Shown: piece after piece, positions 1 to 11,305 of the stretch
How positions within the stretch are numbered: position 1 is the stretch's first letter
Layout of the letters: the number at the start of each line of letters is the position of its first letter
Assembly (NCBI GenBank): GCA_963823665.1
Contig: CAWGMQ010000004.1
Span: forward strand, 896,001 to 960,000
DNA: 64,000 nucleotides
Source: an uncultured Planctomycetota bacterium
Lineage (GTDB): Bacteria > Planctomycetota > Planctomycetia > Isosphaerales > Isosphaeraceae
Direction of reading: 5' to 3'
The notes under the pieces: generated by a model
The model's input: the letters and a program-made list of their open reading frames with translations, nothing else
Told to the model about the DNA's origin: nothing
Database searches by the model: none
Made by a program: the position numbers and the translations under genes

Positions 1-2204
<2,204 letters not shown>

Positions 2205-2995
2205 TACTTTTGTTTCCCGAACGCCCGGCGGGGCCCGCGGGCGACCGGACTCCGATGACGGTGTCCTTACGCCGGGCCATGAACCGGATCGATATGATTA
2301 TCGCATGGTCGCTCGTCGAATGCATCCGCGCCCCGGCCGATCGGGCCTCCGTCCGGCCCCCTGGTTCCCACCGAGGATGCAAGATTCTCTAGAATCGCGT
2401 ACACATGAAAAAACGACCGCTAGAGGCCGTTGGTTCTTGTCCGTTTTCTATCGAAACCCCAAGCGGCCCCCGAGCCTCGCAGAGTCCCTTTGCGACGCAG
2501 GGTCGGAGGAATTCGATCAGGACCAATCCGAAAGCGGAAGGGGGTTCAGGGGCCAGAATGGCAAAAACATCCACCTGCCTGTTCCAGCAAAAGCGCGTTA
2601 GTCAACTCATACAACTCGGCCAGCCTGCGGACCAAGAGGGGAGACGGTTCTCCCGCCGGAGTGTTGCGCGCGTCGGTCTGGTCGACCGAACCCATTCTCA
2701 CCGATCGGAAGTCGGGATCAACCGGAACCCGCGTTGCTCACTGGTCTGACCCCCACGCCATGCAACCGTGATCGACGCAGGAGAATCCTCGATGATCGGG
2801 CGATGTCTTCGACAGCGCTTGAGTCGTGCCGTCCGCTGAGGGCCGGCCGTGGCGCCGAGATCGCTCGAGAGTCCGCGTAGCCAGCGCTGGCCCTGCGGTA
2901 GTCGGCCAGCGCGCTGAGGGAAAAGGCCTTCTCGCCACGATTGCCGAAGGAACCCGACAACGTGCATAATCGTTTCAGGCGGGGCGTACAGGCCG

Positions 2996-3445
2996 ATGCC
3001 GGGGAGCAGCCTCTTGCGTGAATCAAATGTGGCCATCGGCTCGATCCGTGACTGCCGCGGGGAGGAAGCGGAGGCCGTACTCCAACTGTGGCGCCAAGCC
3101 GAGGCCGTACCCACCGCCACCGACAACGTCGACGACCTGCGCCGGGCCATCGATAGCGGCGCTCAGGTCTTGGTTGCCGAGGTCGACGGGCGTCTCGTCG
3201 GCTCGATCATCGGCACGTTCGACGGTTGGCGCGGCAACATCTACCGCCTCGCGGTCCACCCCCAGTTTCGGCGTCGGGGAATTGCGCGAGCCCTGGTGGT
3301 CGAGGTGGAAAAGCGGCTGTCACAGCAGGGGGCCAAACGTGTCAACGCGCTGGTAAGGAAGGATCACTCTTGGGCGGCCGGCTTCTGGCAGGCAGTGGCG
3401 TACGATCAGGATCTCCGAATCGTCCGGCACGTTCGAAACCTGTAA
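2996..3445 (+). CDS. GNAT family N-acetyltransferase (YpeA-like); true start may be GTG 3029
   Basis: GSIIGTFDGWRGNIYRLAVHPQFRRRGIARALV includes the acetyl-CoA binding motif A. Confidence 0.88.
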   Translation: MPGSSLLRESNVAIGSIRDCRGEEAEAVLQLWRQAEAVPTATDNVDDLRRAIDSGAQVLVAEVDGRLVGSIIGTFDGWRGNIYRLAVHPQFRRRGIARALVVEVEKRLSQQGAKRVNALVRKDHSWAAGFWQAVAYDQDLRIVRHVRNL

Positions 3446-3488
3446 ACCCCTGCTTGCTGTTGCTGGACCCAGAAAAGGTTCCAGCCAC

Positions 3489-5016
3489 GAATGGCACTGT
3501 GATAGGCGCAAGTCTCGTCGCGGATTGCTCTAGACAAAAATCGGCCTCCTTGTAACAAGCATGGGTGTTGACACATATCCATGGCTCGTTTCGGCAAGGA
3601 GGCCGACAGTGGCACAGGATATCCGACGTCGGGCTGAGGAACAGGCCAATGCGCTGAGAAACGGCGACACGCTCCCGTACCACAACCTGCTCGACGGGGA
3701 GCTCGTCGAGTCCGCCCTCGCCGAGGAGGGGCTCAAGTTCCGGATTCGCACCTACACCCCGCTCGTGACGCTCTGGACATTCCTAACCCAAGTGCTCGAC
3801 CCGGATCACTCGTGTCGCCAAGCGGTGTTGAGGCTGATTGCCTTTCTCGTTTCGCAAGGGCAACCCCCGGTTTCTCCTGACACGGGCAACTACTGCAAGG
3901 CTCGGCAACGCCTACCGCTGTCCTTTATCGCGCGACTGCTTCGCATGACGGGACTGGTCCTCCAGAAGAAAGCCCTGCCGGCATGGCACTGGAAAGGGCG
4001 ATTAGTCCTTCTGGTTGATGGATCGACTGCGTCGATGCCGGATACACCGGCCAACCAAGAGGCCTTTCCTCAGCCACGCACCCAAAAGGCAGGTCTCGGA
4101 TTCGCGATCGCGCGGTTCGTGACAATTATCTGCATGGCCACTGGAGCGGTGCTGGATCTGGCGATCGGCCCGTATAAAGGAAAACGCAGCGGCGAGACAA
4201 GCTTGCTGCGCACACTGTTGGAGCGACTGCAAAAGGGCAGTATTCTGCTGGGCGATCGCTATTTTGGTTCGTATTTCGGCATCGCCGAGTTAATGCGCCG
4301 CGAGGTCGATGGGGTATTTCGCATGCACCAGCGCAGGAGGATCGATTTCCGTCGAGGGCGCTGTCTCGGGATCGAAGACCATCTCGTGCGGTGGCCAAAG
4401 CCAGCACGGCCGGAATGGATGGATGAAAAGACTTATGCGCAAATTCCTGACGAGATCACGGTCCGTGAGTTGCGTTTCCGAGTCGACAATCCTGGATATC
4501 GCGTGCGCGAGATCGTCTTGGTCACGACGCTGGTCGATCCGATTGAGTACACCAAGGAAGAGCTCGCCGATCTCTTCCTCAAGAGGTGGAATATCGAACT
4601 CGACTTACGTTCCATCAAGGTCGTGATGCAGATGGACGTACTGCGCTGCCAGACGCCGGATATGGTCGAGAAGGAAATATGGATGCACATGTTGGCTTAT
4701 AACATTATCCGTGCCTTCATGGCCACTGCGGCGGGCGTGGAGGGTGCCCGGCCGCGAGAGTTGAGCTTCAAGGGGACCCAACAAGCGATCTCAGCGTTCC
4801 GCGACTCCTTGCAGACGGTGGACCCGGATCGGCGTGCTCGACTCTGGGCGGCAATGCTCGGAGCCATCGCATATGACCGGGTTGGTGACCGCCCAGGCCG
4901 CGTCGAGCCTCGATGCAAGAAGCGGCGGCCAAAGTGTTATAAAATGCTTACATGCACGCGTGCTGAAGCGCGTAAACGATTACTGCGAGCGGCTTAAGGT
5001 TCTTACAGTGCCATTC
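3489..5016 (+). mobile_element. IS4-family insertion sequence (1528 bp)
   Basis: Left end GAATGGCACTGTGA (3489-3502) and right end TTACAGTGCCATTC (5003-5016) are inverted repeats (13/14). An 11-bp direct repeat GTTCCAGCCAC flanks the element at 3478-3488 and 5017-5027. Confidence 0.95.
3561..4997 (+). CDS. IS4-family DDE transposase (start may be GTG 3609)
   Basis: LVDGST, LGDRYF and RWNIELDLRSIK (DDE triad plus YREK-like motif), with a C-terminal RPGRVEPRCKKRRPK tail. Confidence 0.95.
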   Translation: MGVDTYPWLVSARRPTVAQDIRRRAEEQANALRNGDTLPYHNLLDGELVESALAEEGLKFRIRTYTPLVTLWTFLTQVLDPDHSCRQAVLRLIAFLVSQGQPPVSPDTGNYCKARQRLPLSFIARLLRMTGLVLQKKALPAWHWKGRLVLLVDGSTASMPDTPANQEAFPQPRTQKAGLGFAIARFVTIICMATGAVLDLAIGPYKGKRSGETSLLRTLLERLQKGSILLGDRYFGSYFGIAELMRREVDGVFRMHQRRRIDFRRGRCLGIEDHLVRWPKPARPEWMDEKTYAQIPDEITVRELRFRVDNPGYRVREIVLVTTLVDPIEYTKEELADLFLKRWNIELDLRSIKVVMQMDVLRCQTPDMVEKEIWMHMLAYNIIRAFMATAAGVEGARPRELSFKGTQQAISAFRDSLQTVDPDRRARLWAAMLGAIAYDRVGDRPGRVEPRCKKRRPKCYKMLTCTRAEARKRLLRAA

Positions 5017-5238
5017 GTTCCAGCCACCGTTCACCAAACATCGGAGCGAGAACCACTCCCAAGCCAAGAGCAACGACGGTGACGCTCCGGGCGCCCCTGG
5101 GCGAAACGACCCTCAAACTCGCAACCCGCGCGGATGAGAAAGACGTCGCAGTCGATCTGGTTGAGTTGGACACGAAAAACGAGACGGACAGCTATGCTTG
5201 ACATTCGGAAGACGAGCTCGACCAGCGAGCTTCGTCCC

Positions 5239-6393
5239 TCATTTCGCGTCCTTGAGGGACCCGTCCGGGTTACGTTGACTCCCGAAGCTGAACGTCCTTG
5301 ATCGCAGGAACAGATAGTCGACACCTCTCGGATGCTCGTTCATCGCCTCTGCTACGAGGAGGGACATCTCTCGGGCGTTTCGGTCGTCGCTATCCATGAT
5401 TCCGTCGACGTAAGCCAGGAGGTCGCCAATAATCGTGGGCGGAAGGGGAAACGCCCCTCCTTCGCCGAACAGGGTCAGTCCGTCCTTCGCGGCCAAGCCT
5501 TCGCACAGCTCCGCAATCAGACGGGCACGCTCTACGAAGTCGAGGTCTTTCCCCAGGGAGAAATCGTAGCCGCGATGCCGCTTCTCGATGCTATCGAAAT
5601 CGACATCATCCGGGATCGACCGCTGGTCCTGCGCTGTTTTCTCAGCCGACTTGGTCAGCGAGGACAGGACGGCGAACGCCGCGAAGGCGAAGACCGTCGC
5701 CCGCAGGCAAAACTCCCGGCCCGCCGATTTCTCGTACTGGCTCAGGCACGAGGCGACGGCCATGGTATCGCACTGGAACTCGACGGCAAAGAGGGCGCTG
5801 TATCGCTCTCTGGCGCGGTCAAGCAAGGGAGCGATAATCTCCGTGAACAGCTCGAGAACCTGATGCCACGCCCGAACATCGCGGCCGAGGTAATAATGGC
5901 CAAGCTCATGGAAGGACACGGCGGAAGACATCAACTGCGATCCCAAGGTCGCCCACCGATCGAGATCCGGCTGCTTGGACTTCGCCTCGAAGACGGGCAC
6001 CATACAGACCTGCTCGTAAAGCAGGGTCTCGAGGAAGACGGCCCGCGAGAAGATGTTGGGATTGGCCCGCATGAGCTGCTCGCCGAAGAATTTCTTGAAG
6101 TTGTGCTTGAGCAGTTGGCGGAGATCGAACCCCTCTTGGCTGGCGCACAGCAGCCAGCAGAGCAGCAGATTATATGCGAAGGACGGCAGGTAGGTGTTAT
6201 GGATCAGGATCAGGCCGCGCTTGCTCGTCACCACGTTGGAATCAATCTTGGCGTCGTACAAGTTGACGTAGTAGAACCCTTCGCCGATTTCTGCCGCCTG
6301 TTCGATGAACTCGCTGGAATGTGTACAGGCGACGAACTTCGCCGTCGAGCGCAGCGTGGCGATGCGACACCGGACATGTTCGGCGTCCGTCAT
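5239..6393 (-). CDS. Putative HExxH zinc metallopeptidase (gluzincin; M48/IrrE/Lit-like)
   Basis: FHELGHYY followed about 40 aa later by EFQCD. No signal peptide. The start overlaps the upstream gene's stop by 4 bp. Confidence 0.7.
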   Translation of the reverse strand: MTDAEHVRCRIATLRSTAKFVACTHSSEFIEQAAEIGEGFYYVNLYDAKIDSNVVTSKRGLILIHNTYLPSFAYNLLLCWLLCASQEGFDLRQLLKHNFKKFFGEQLMRANPNIFSRAVFLETLLYEQVCMVPVFEAKSKQPDLDRWATLGSQLMSSAVSFHELGHYYLGRDVRAWHQVLELFTEIIAPLLDRARERYSALFAVEFQCDTMAVASCLSQYEKSAGREFCLRATVFAFAAFAVLSSLTKSAEKTAQDQRSIPDDVDFDSIEKRHRGYDFSLGKDLDFVERARLIAELCEGLAAKDGLTLFGEGGAFPLPPTIIGDLLAYVDGIMDSDDRNAREMSLLVAEAMNEHPRGVDYLFLRSRTFSFGSQRNPDGSLKDAK

Positions 6394-6734
6394 TTTTTCT
6401 TTATCTCTCTCAGAAGCTTCTGCACGGTCGGCGACTCGAACAGCCCTTTGACCTCATCGATGGTATACCCCTTGAGCGAAATCTCATTCCGCCCGATCTT
6501 GACCGTCGCATCCTTGTAGCTCTTGCGGTGCGCAGCGAAGAACTCGAGCACTGGGCCGAGCGCCTTTTTCGTCGCCGAAACGATCAGGCTGACGGCGTGC
6601 GTACCCGTGAAGGCTTCCGACTCGAAGACCTCATCGTTCGCGAACTGCTTCTTCAGGGCTTCCGCCGCCGCGGCGTCGTTGGGATGGAACTCGACGACGA
6701 CTTCCAGATCTTCGTTTTCAACGGCATCTGACAC
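6390..6734 (-). CDS. Small hypothetical protein resembling EACC1-like effector-associated components
   Basis: 114 aa preceded by a GGAG RBS. Pattern: acidic N-terminus, FTG plus hydrophobic/amphipathic helix, basic patch, then VKIGRNEISLKGYTIDEV. Family resemblance is by eye only. Confidence 0.6.
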   Translation of the reverse strand: MSDAVENEDLEVVVEFHPNDAAAAEALKKQFANDEVFESEAFTGTHAVSLIVSATKKALGPVLEFFAAHRKSYKDATVKIGRNEISLKGYTIDEVKGLFESPTVQKLLREIKKK

Positions 6735-7192
6735 GGCCGAATCTCCGGAGGGTGGGGGTGTTGACTTCTACCTCTCGAGCAGAGCCTGCGCCTCGTCCTT
6801 CCACGCAACCAGTGCATCTAGGCGTAATCGGCCGTGCAAGACTGCATCACATCGAAGCAGATTACGCTCTCGACCTTGCCCAGCAGAATCAAAGCGCTCT
6901 GACGCCGTGTGGTGACGAATTCCAGGCTTAGGCCTCGGTGCCGGTCGCCGAAAAACCCCTCGAGCGCGCTTACCAGATACGCGAATTCCTCACGCCGGAT
7001 TGCGCTCGGCTCGAAAACCTCGCAGTAGGCATCAGCTCGGCGCCGAGACCATTCTGACGACCACGCCATAGTTGGTTCTACCTCCTCTGCGTGCCTAATT
7101 GTTTGCCGCGCCTCGGCGGCTTCTGTCTTTTCATTCTACCCGTCCCACACGAAGCCGGCTGCCTCCCGATCCAATTGGCTCAAGCCTCCTGC

Positions 7193-8782
7193 CTACGGCC
7201 CGCGCCGGATGGCCCGCCGCAGCAGGTTGCGCGTGATCATTTGCACGCGCTCATCCGGCCCATGCGGCCGCGACCAGTGCGACCAGGGCAGCGTGTGACC
7301 CGGCGGCGACGAGAGCCCTTGCGCCCAGAAAATGGTCGATGCATTGAAGACAAAGTTCCCTTTCGGACCCGGGTATATCGTGGCGGTCCACTTCTGAGGG
7401 ATCTGGCCGCCGACCCAGGCGGTTCCCGCCGCGACGACCTCAAGGCCCGCCAGCTTGGGCGGGTCGCCGTGATACTCCCAGCCAACCAGTCCCGGGATCC
7501 GGTCGCCGTTCTTCAGCCCGGTTCCTTCAAACATCCAGTGCTCGCCCTTCGCGACGACCCAGTCGCCGCCGCCGTTGACCGGCTCGACGTTTCGACCCCC
7601 CATGAGCAGACCTTCGTCCGGCCCGTGCTCGGGGAACGGGCCGTGCTCTTTCTGCCGGCGCCGGGCGTAGTCGTTTTCAGCTCCATAGGGCCCGCCGCGA
7701 AAAATGATCCGGTTGGGCCGGCCATCGCGGCTGTCGCGGTACGGGGTGACCCAGCAAATAGCGTTGCCGGAGAAAAACAGCAGGCTCACGCCGTCGTCCC
7801 GCATCCGGAGCGCGCTGCGGAATTGCCGGATGTCCCAGTACTCGTCGTGGCCGACGCTGAGAAATGCCTTGCAGCGGAGACCCCGGTCCGGCGTGAGCAT
7901 ATCGCTGTTCGAGCAATACTTCACATCGTAGCCGTGCTGCTCGAGCCAGTAAGCGAATGGAAACTCGAACGGGAGGAATTCGCCGGATCCAAACGTGAGC
8001 GGATCATCAACCACACCGTTATGCTGCGCCTCTCGGCCGTACGGCCGATCGAAGCTCACGTCGGCCCACGGACCCTGATCTCCCCGCGGATGGGTGTAAA
8101 GCGAAAAGTGGTTCGGCCAACGATTGTAAGCCTGCCAGGTATTGTCCGAGCACTGGAAAAGGACGTCGGCGGGGCGATCGTCACGTACGATGAAGATCAC
8201 GTAGCTCTGCCAGTAGGGCTCGCTGTCACCTTCGACCACGGTCGTGAGCCGCCCCAGGTAGACCCCACTGAGCCAGTCTCCCGGAATGGTGAATCGGATG
8301 GCCGGCGGCCACTCGCACTCATGAAGGTTCTTGCCGCCGGGCTTGGGCACCGTTTGGGCCTTGCCCTGGAAAGGGCCGAGCGTCGTTACGGCCCGCGCCC
8401 CACGCCCGCCGTAGTATCCCATTCGAAACATCTCGATTCGAAACCGTCGTGGCGGTTGCGTCGAGACCATGATATCGATGGTCTCCCCAGCCTTGACGCT
8501 CTGCTTCGAGCAGTATCCTTCGATCCATGAAGTACGGAAACCGTCTCGGTCAGCACGCACACGGGTCAACTGCCAGTCGGTCGCTCCCGGCTTGCGATTC
8601 TCCGTTACCACCAGGTTGGCGGCGCGTCCAATGGTCCCCTCCGGTTGTCGCGCCAACACACGTTGACACGTGGACGACGGGAGCAACAGCTCTCCGAAGC
8701 CCAGTGCAACCATGGTGACGAAATCGGCCCGCATGCGAGTTAACGACCCGCGGCTCGAGCGGGTCTGGCCAGGAGTGTTCAT
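7193..8782 (-). CDS. N,N-dimethylformamidase beta-subunit-like protein (DUF6605 family)
   Basis: IEGYCSKQSV, RMGYYGG, WLSGVYL, DNTWQAYN, VSFDRPY, WLEQHGYDV and SVGHDEYW motifs. Confidence 0.85.
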   Translation of the reverse strand: MNTPGQTRSSRGSLTRMRADFVTMVALGFGELLLPSSTCQRVLARQPEGTIGRAANLVVTENRKPGATDWQLTRVRADRDGFRTSWIEGYCSKQSVKAGETIDIMVSTQPPRRFRIEMFRMGYYGGRGARAVTTLGPFQGKAQTVPKPGGKNLHECEWPPAIRFTIPGDWLSGVYLGRLTTVVEGDSEPYWQSYVIFIVRDDRPADVLFQCSDNTWQAYNRWPNHFSLYTHPRGDQGPWADVSFDRPYGREAQHNGVVDDPLTFGSGEFLPFEFPFAYWLEQHGYDVKYCSNSDMLTPDRGLRCKAFLSVGHDEYWDIRQFRSALRMRDDGVSLLFFSGNAICWVTPYRDSRDGRPNRIIFRGGPYGAENDYARRRQKEHGPFPEHGPDEGLLMGGRNVEPVNGGGDWVVAKGEHWMFEGTGLKNGDRIPGLVGWEYHGDPPKLAGLEVVAAGTAWVGGQIPQKWTATIYPGPKGNFVFNASTIFWAQGLSSPPGHTLPWSHWSRPHGPDERVQMITRNLLRRAIRRGP

Positions 8783-9091
8783 CGTGGATACTACATAGCT
8801 GGTATTGCGAGCAGGTTCAAGTCGACGCTTCGCTCCAGAGGCAAACCGCGGGAGACAACAGGATATCCAGCCAGCTCACGATCGGATTGTTCTCGCTCGT
8901 GCTCTTGAGACTGGCCGTGCCGATCCCTCTGGTTCTTCCAGGCTCCATCGCTCGGTTCTGGCCGTCTGCCCGGCTTGCCTCGGACTTCGTCGTGGGCGAC
9001 GTCCGACGATCCCAGTCATCAATACTGCTGCCCTGCCAGTCGAATGGCCCGGGCCCGCCGGAAACCTCAATGCGATCCGAGTCGCGGAGAT

Positions 9092-9265
9092 CGCTCCCGC
9101 CTCTTGCGAAATCCCCAGCACCTGCGCCACCTCGGCGCGGCCGAGCTGCTCGAAATGTCTCAGCGCGAGCACCTCCCGGTCGATTGGGTCGAGGCTGTTC
9201 AGCGCCTCTTGCACCCGCAGCATCCGCTCGGCGCGCTGAGCGGCCTGTGTCGGCGAGGTGTACCT
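9092..9265 (-). pseudogene. Remnant of a planctomycete ECF sigma-70 factor (region 4 only)
   Basis: TSPTQAAQRAERMLRVQEALNSLDPIDREVLALRHFEQLGRAEVAQVLGISQEAGA matches the ECF region-4 pattern. Region 2 and the final recognition helix are absent. Confidence 0.7.
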
Positions 9266-9420
9266 TCGAGTGAGGATCCGCTGAACTGCGTCCGCCTTCC
9301 GCCGTCTCCGGGGCTCGCGGAAGGGAAAACCCGAGTTTTCCATCGCAAGTTCGCAGATTGAGGATATCCTTGATCAATACAACGTGGGACCGGTACTGTA
9401 CTCTCAAGAGGAAGCTCGCC

Positions 9421-10407
9421 ATGATGTGTCGTTTCCCGCGCCGGTCGGCCCCGTTGCGCCGTCGCCGGTGCGTTTGCCCGAGGCTGGACACGCTCGAAGT
9501 GCGCAGGGCCCTCTCGCATGTCTTGCCCGCCGATGGCACCATCCTCGTCGCCACGACGCGAATTGTGGACAAGCACGCTCCCACGGGGATCGTCGAGGTC
9601 AACCCGACGACCGGTGCGCAATCCGTCCTCTCGTCGCGAGGCCTCTTTTCGACGCCACTCGATCTTCGCGAGGCGCCGAACGGCACCCTCTATGTCGCCG
9701 ACTCTACCGCCAGGAAAACCGGAGCCGTGATCTCGGTTAACCCCTCCACCGGCGCCCAGAAACTCATCGCGTCGGGCGGTCATCTCAATCGTCCGCTCGC
9801 GATCCAGTATTTAAACGGCGATCTCTTCGTGACGGACTCCGGAAAAGCAAAGGGGCACGCCACCCCAAATGTGATCGAGATCAACCCGCGCACCCACAAA
9901 CAGACGATCGTTACTCAAGGAGGCTCCCTGTTGCAGCCGCTGGCAATCCAGCCCGGTCCCGGCGACACGATCTATGTCGCCGACGGTCTTGCCGACTCGA
10001 CGGGCGCCATCTTTCAGGTGAATCTTCAGACCGGCCAGCAGACTCTGATCGCCACCGGCAGATACCTCAATCAACCAGTTGACATGGCCTTGGATCCGCA
10101 GGGCAGTCTCATCGTGGTGGATGCCGCGGGCGGCGATGCCCCCGGTCTCGGCAACGTGGTGAGCATCAACCGCAAGACGGGCGGCCAGACCCTGATCTCC
10201 ACCGGCGGGCTTCTCGCCAATACCAACGGCGACTCGGTGGACGCCGCGGGCGACATCTTCGTATCGACGTTCGCAACCGCCCGTCCCAGTACCCAGGCCC
10301 GCATTCTCGAAATCAATCCTTCCACGGGCGCCCAGAGCATCGTCGCCACGGGCGGTTCCCTCGACTTCGCGTCCGGAGAGGTGATCTTCTCCCGGCCAAC
10401 AACTTGA
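9421..10407 (+). CDS. Secreted beta-propeller (NHL-like repeat) protein with planctomycete LEPR-XLL-like N-terminus
   Basis: Arg-rich N-terminus plus RLDTLEVRRALS, then about 6 repeats of the (L/I)YVAD...V..VNP.TG.Q..I..GG pattern. Confidence 0.8.
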   Translation: MMCRFPRRSAPLRRRRCVCPRLDTLEVRRALSHVLPADGTILVATTRIVDKHAPTGIVEVNPTTGAQSVLSSRGLFSTPLDLREAPNGTLYVADSTARKTGAVISVNPSTGAQKLIASGGHLNRPLAIQYLNGDLFVTDSGKAKGHATPNVIEINPRTHKQTIVTQGGSLLQPLAIQPGPGDTIYVADGLADSTGAIFQVNLQTGQQTLIATGRYLNQPVDMALDPQGSLIVVDAAGGDAPGLGNVVSINRKTGGQTLISTGGLLANTNGDSVDAAGDIFVSTFATARPSTQARILEINPSTGAQSIVATGGSLDFASGEVIFSRPTT

Positions 10408-10473
10408 GCTAACATCCCGTCATGCCCGACCAGTTGTCGTCTGAGTCAGCAAAGTTGTTATCGTGCCCCGCGA

Positions 10474-10833
10474 TCACGAACTGGTGAGTGCTCGTATCCG
10501 CAGCTTGCTTTTCGTGACAACGATAAACTTGCCAGGCAGGTTCTTTTCAATCGCAGCCCACGCCTTTTGCAGACGTAAAAGGCGAATCGACGCAGGAGAA
10601 TCCTCCATCCTCATCAGGACCACGCCGTGACTGTTGAGGCCGTCGCGGAAAACCAATTCCCCGAAATCCAAGTCCTCGGTCAGGATGACAAAGCCTTGGG
10701 CCTCGGCCTCGCTTAAAAGGTCAACATCCGGTGCCTGCACTCGATCTTCCGCCGCGTAGAGCACATCATGCCCTTGCGCGCGTAGCCACTCGACTATGGA
10801 GCGCGGAATGTTTTCATCGGCAAGCAGTTGCAC
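10474..10833 (-). CDS. DUF5615 PIN-like toxin (VapC45-like)
   Basis: LLADENIP...GHDV...D.DLL..A...ILTEDLDFGEL; lies downstream of a DUF433 gene. Confidence 0.9.
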   Translation of the reverse strand: MQLLADENIPRSIVEWLRAQGHDVLYAAEDRVQAPDVDLLSEAEAQGFVILTEDLDFGELVFRDGLNSHGVVLMRMEDSPASIRLLRLQKAWAAIEKNLPGKFIVVTKSKLRIRALTSS

Positions 10834-10854
10834 ACGCGGCGACCTTCTCTGGCG

Positions 10855-11085
10855 TTATTGAAAGATGCACTCATCCATTGCGAGCATGTCAGCAGCGTAT
10901 TGGTGGGCCGCCTGAATGTGCGCGGCCTTGAGCTTCGGGTAATTGTCAAGAAGATCTTGATGGCTCATGCCCGTCCCGAGTTCACGAAGAACATGCTCGA
11001 CGGTGAGTCGCGTCCCCTTGAACACCGGCTTGCCCAGCATCACGTCCTTGCGTTCCTCGATATAGTCCTGCCACTTTCCCGCCAT
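10855..11085 (-). CDS. DUF433 family antitoxin
   Basis: 76 aa from ATG 11085 with an AGGAG RBS: VMLGKPVFKGTRLTVE...YPKL...IQAA..YA. Confidence 0.92.
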   Translation of the reverse strand: MAGKWQDYIEERKDVMLGKPVFKGTRLTVEHVLRELGTGMSHQDLLDNYPKLKAAHIQAAHQYAADMLAMDECIFQ

Positions 11086-11101
11086 TGCGATTCTCCTACT
11101 C

Positions 11102-11136
11102 ACGTGCACGTCGGCATCCAAAGAAGAATTATAACA
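11102..11136 (-). promoter_or_regulatory. Extended -10 promoter and possible operator of the toxin-antitoxin operon
   Basis: TGTTATAAT on the minus strand (11136-11128). A perfect palindrome ACGTGCACGT (11102-11111) lies between it and the RBS. Confidence 0.55.
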
Positions 11137-11305
11137 TTTGGCCCGCCCGCGAACGACCACGAGTTCCATACCAGCGCTAAATCCCAAGCGCCGCGCCACC
11201 TTGCAGATTGCGACCGCCCCACGCCACCGATACCATGACGCGAGCACCGCAGAGCTCGTGAAAATCAGCCCAATGGCCCCGGCAAGATCCATCGAGGAAC
11301 GACCC

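Noticed and set aside
2760..2960. TPR-like fragment on the minus strand (NRGEKAFSLSALADYRRA)
   Set aside because: Too short and irregular to support a gene or pseudogene call.
6768..7069. 83-aa minus-strand ORF upstream of the EACC1-like gene as a third component
   Set aside because: No motif or clear RBS, and coding-like fragments fall in different frames. At best a decayed remnant.
5332..8530. Long + strand ORFs 5332-6519 and 7091-8530 (and similar ones such as 14640-15809, 24290-25402, 32250-33482, 60235-61554, 61733-63103)
   Set aside because: Antisense shadows of motif-bearing genes, expected at high GC; no recognisable domains.
8838..8875. c-di-GMP-I riboswitch-like GGCAAACC...GAGA
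   Set aside because: The stem does not pair and the GGGACGCAAAGCC segment is not matched.
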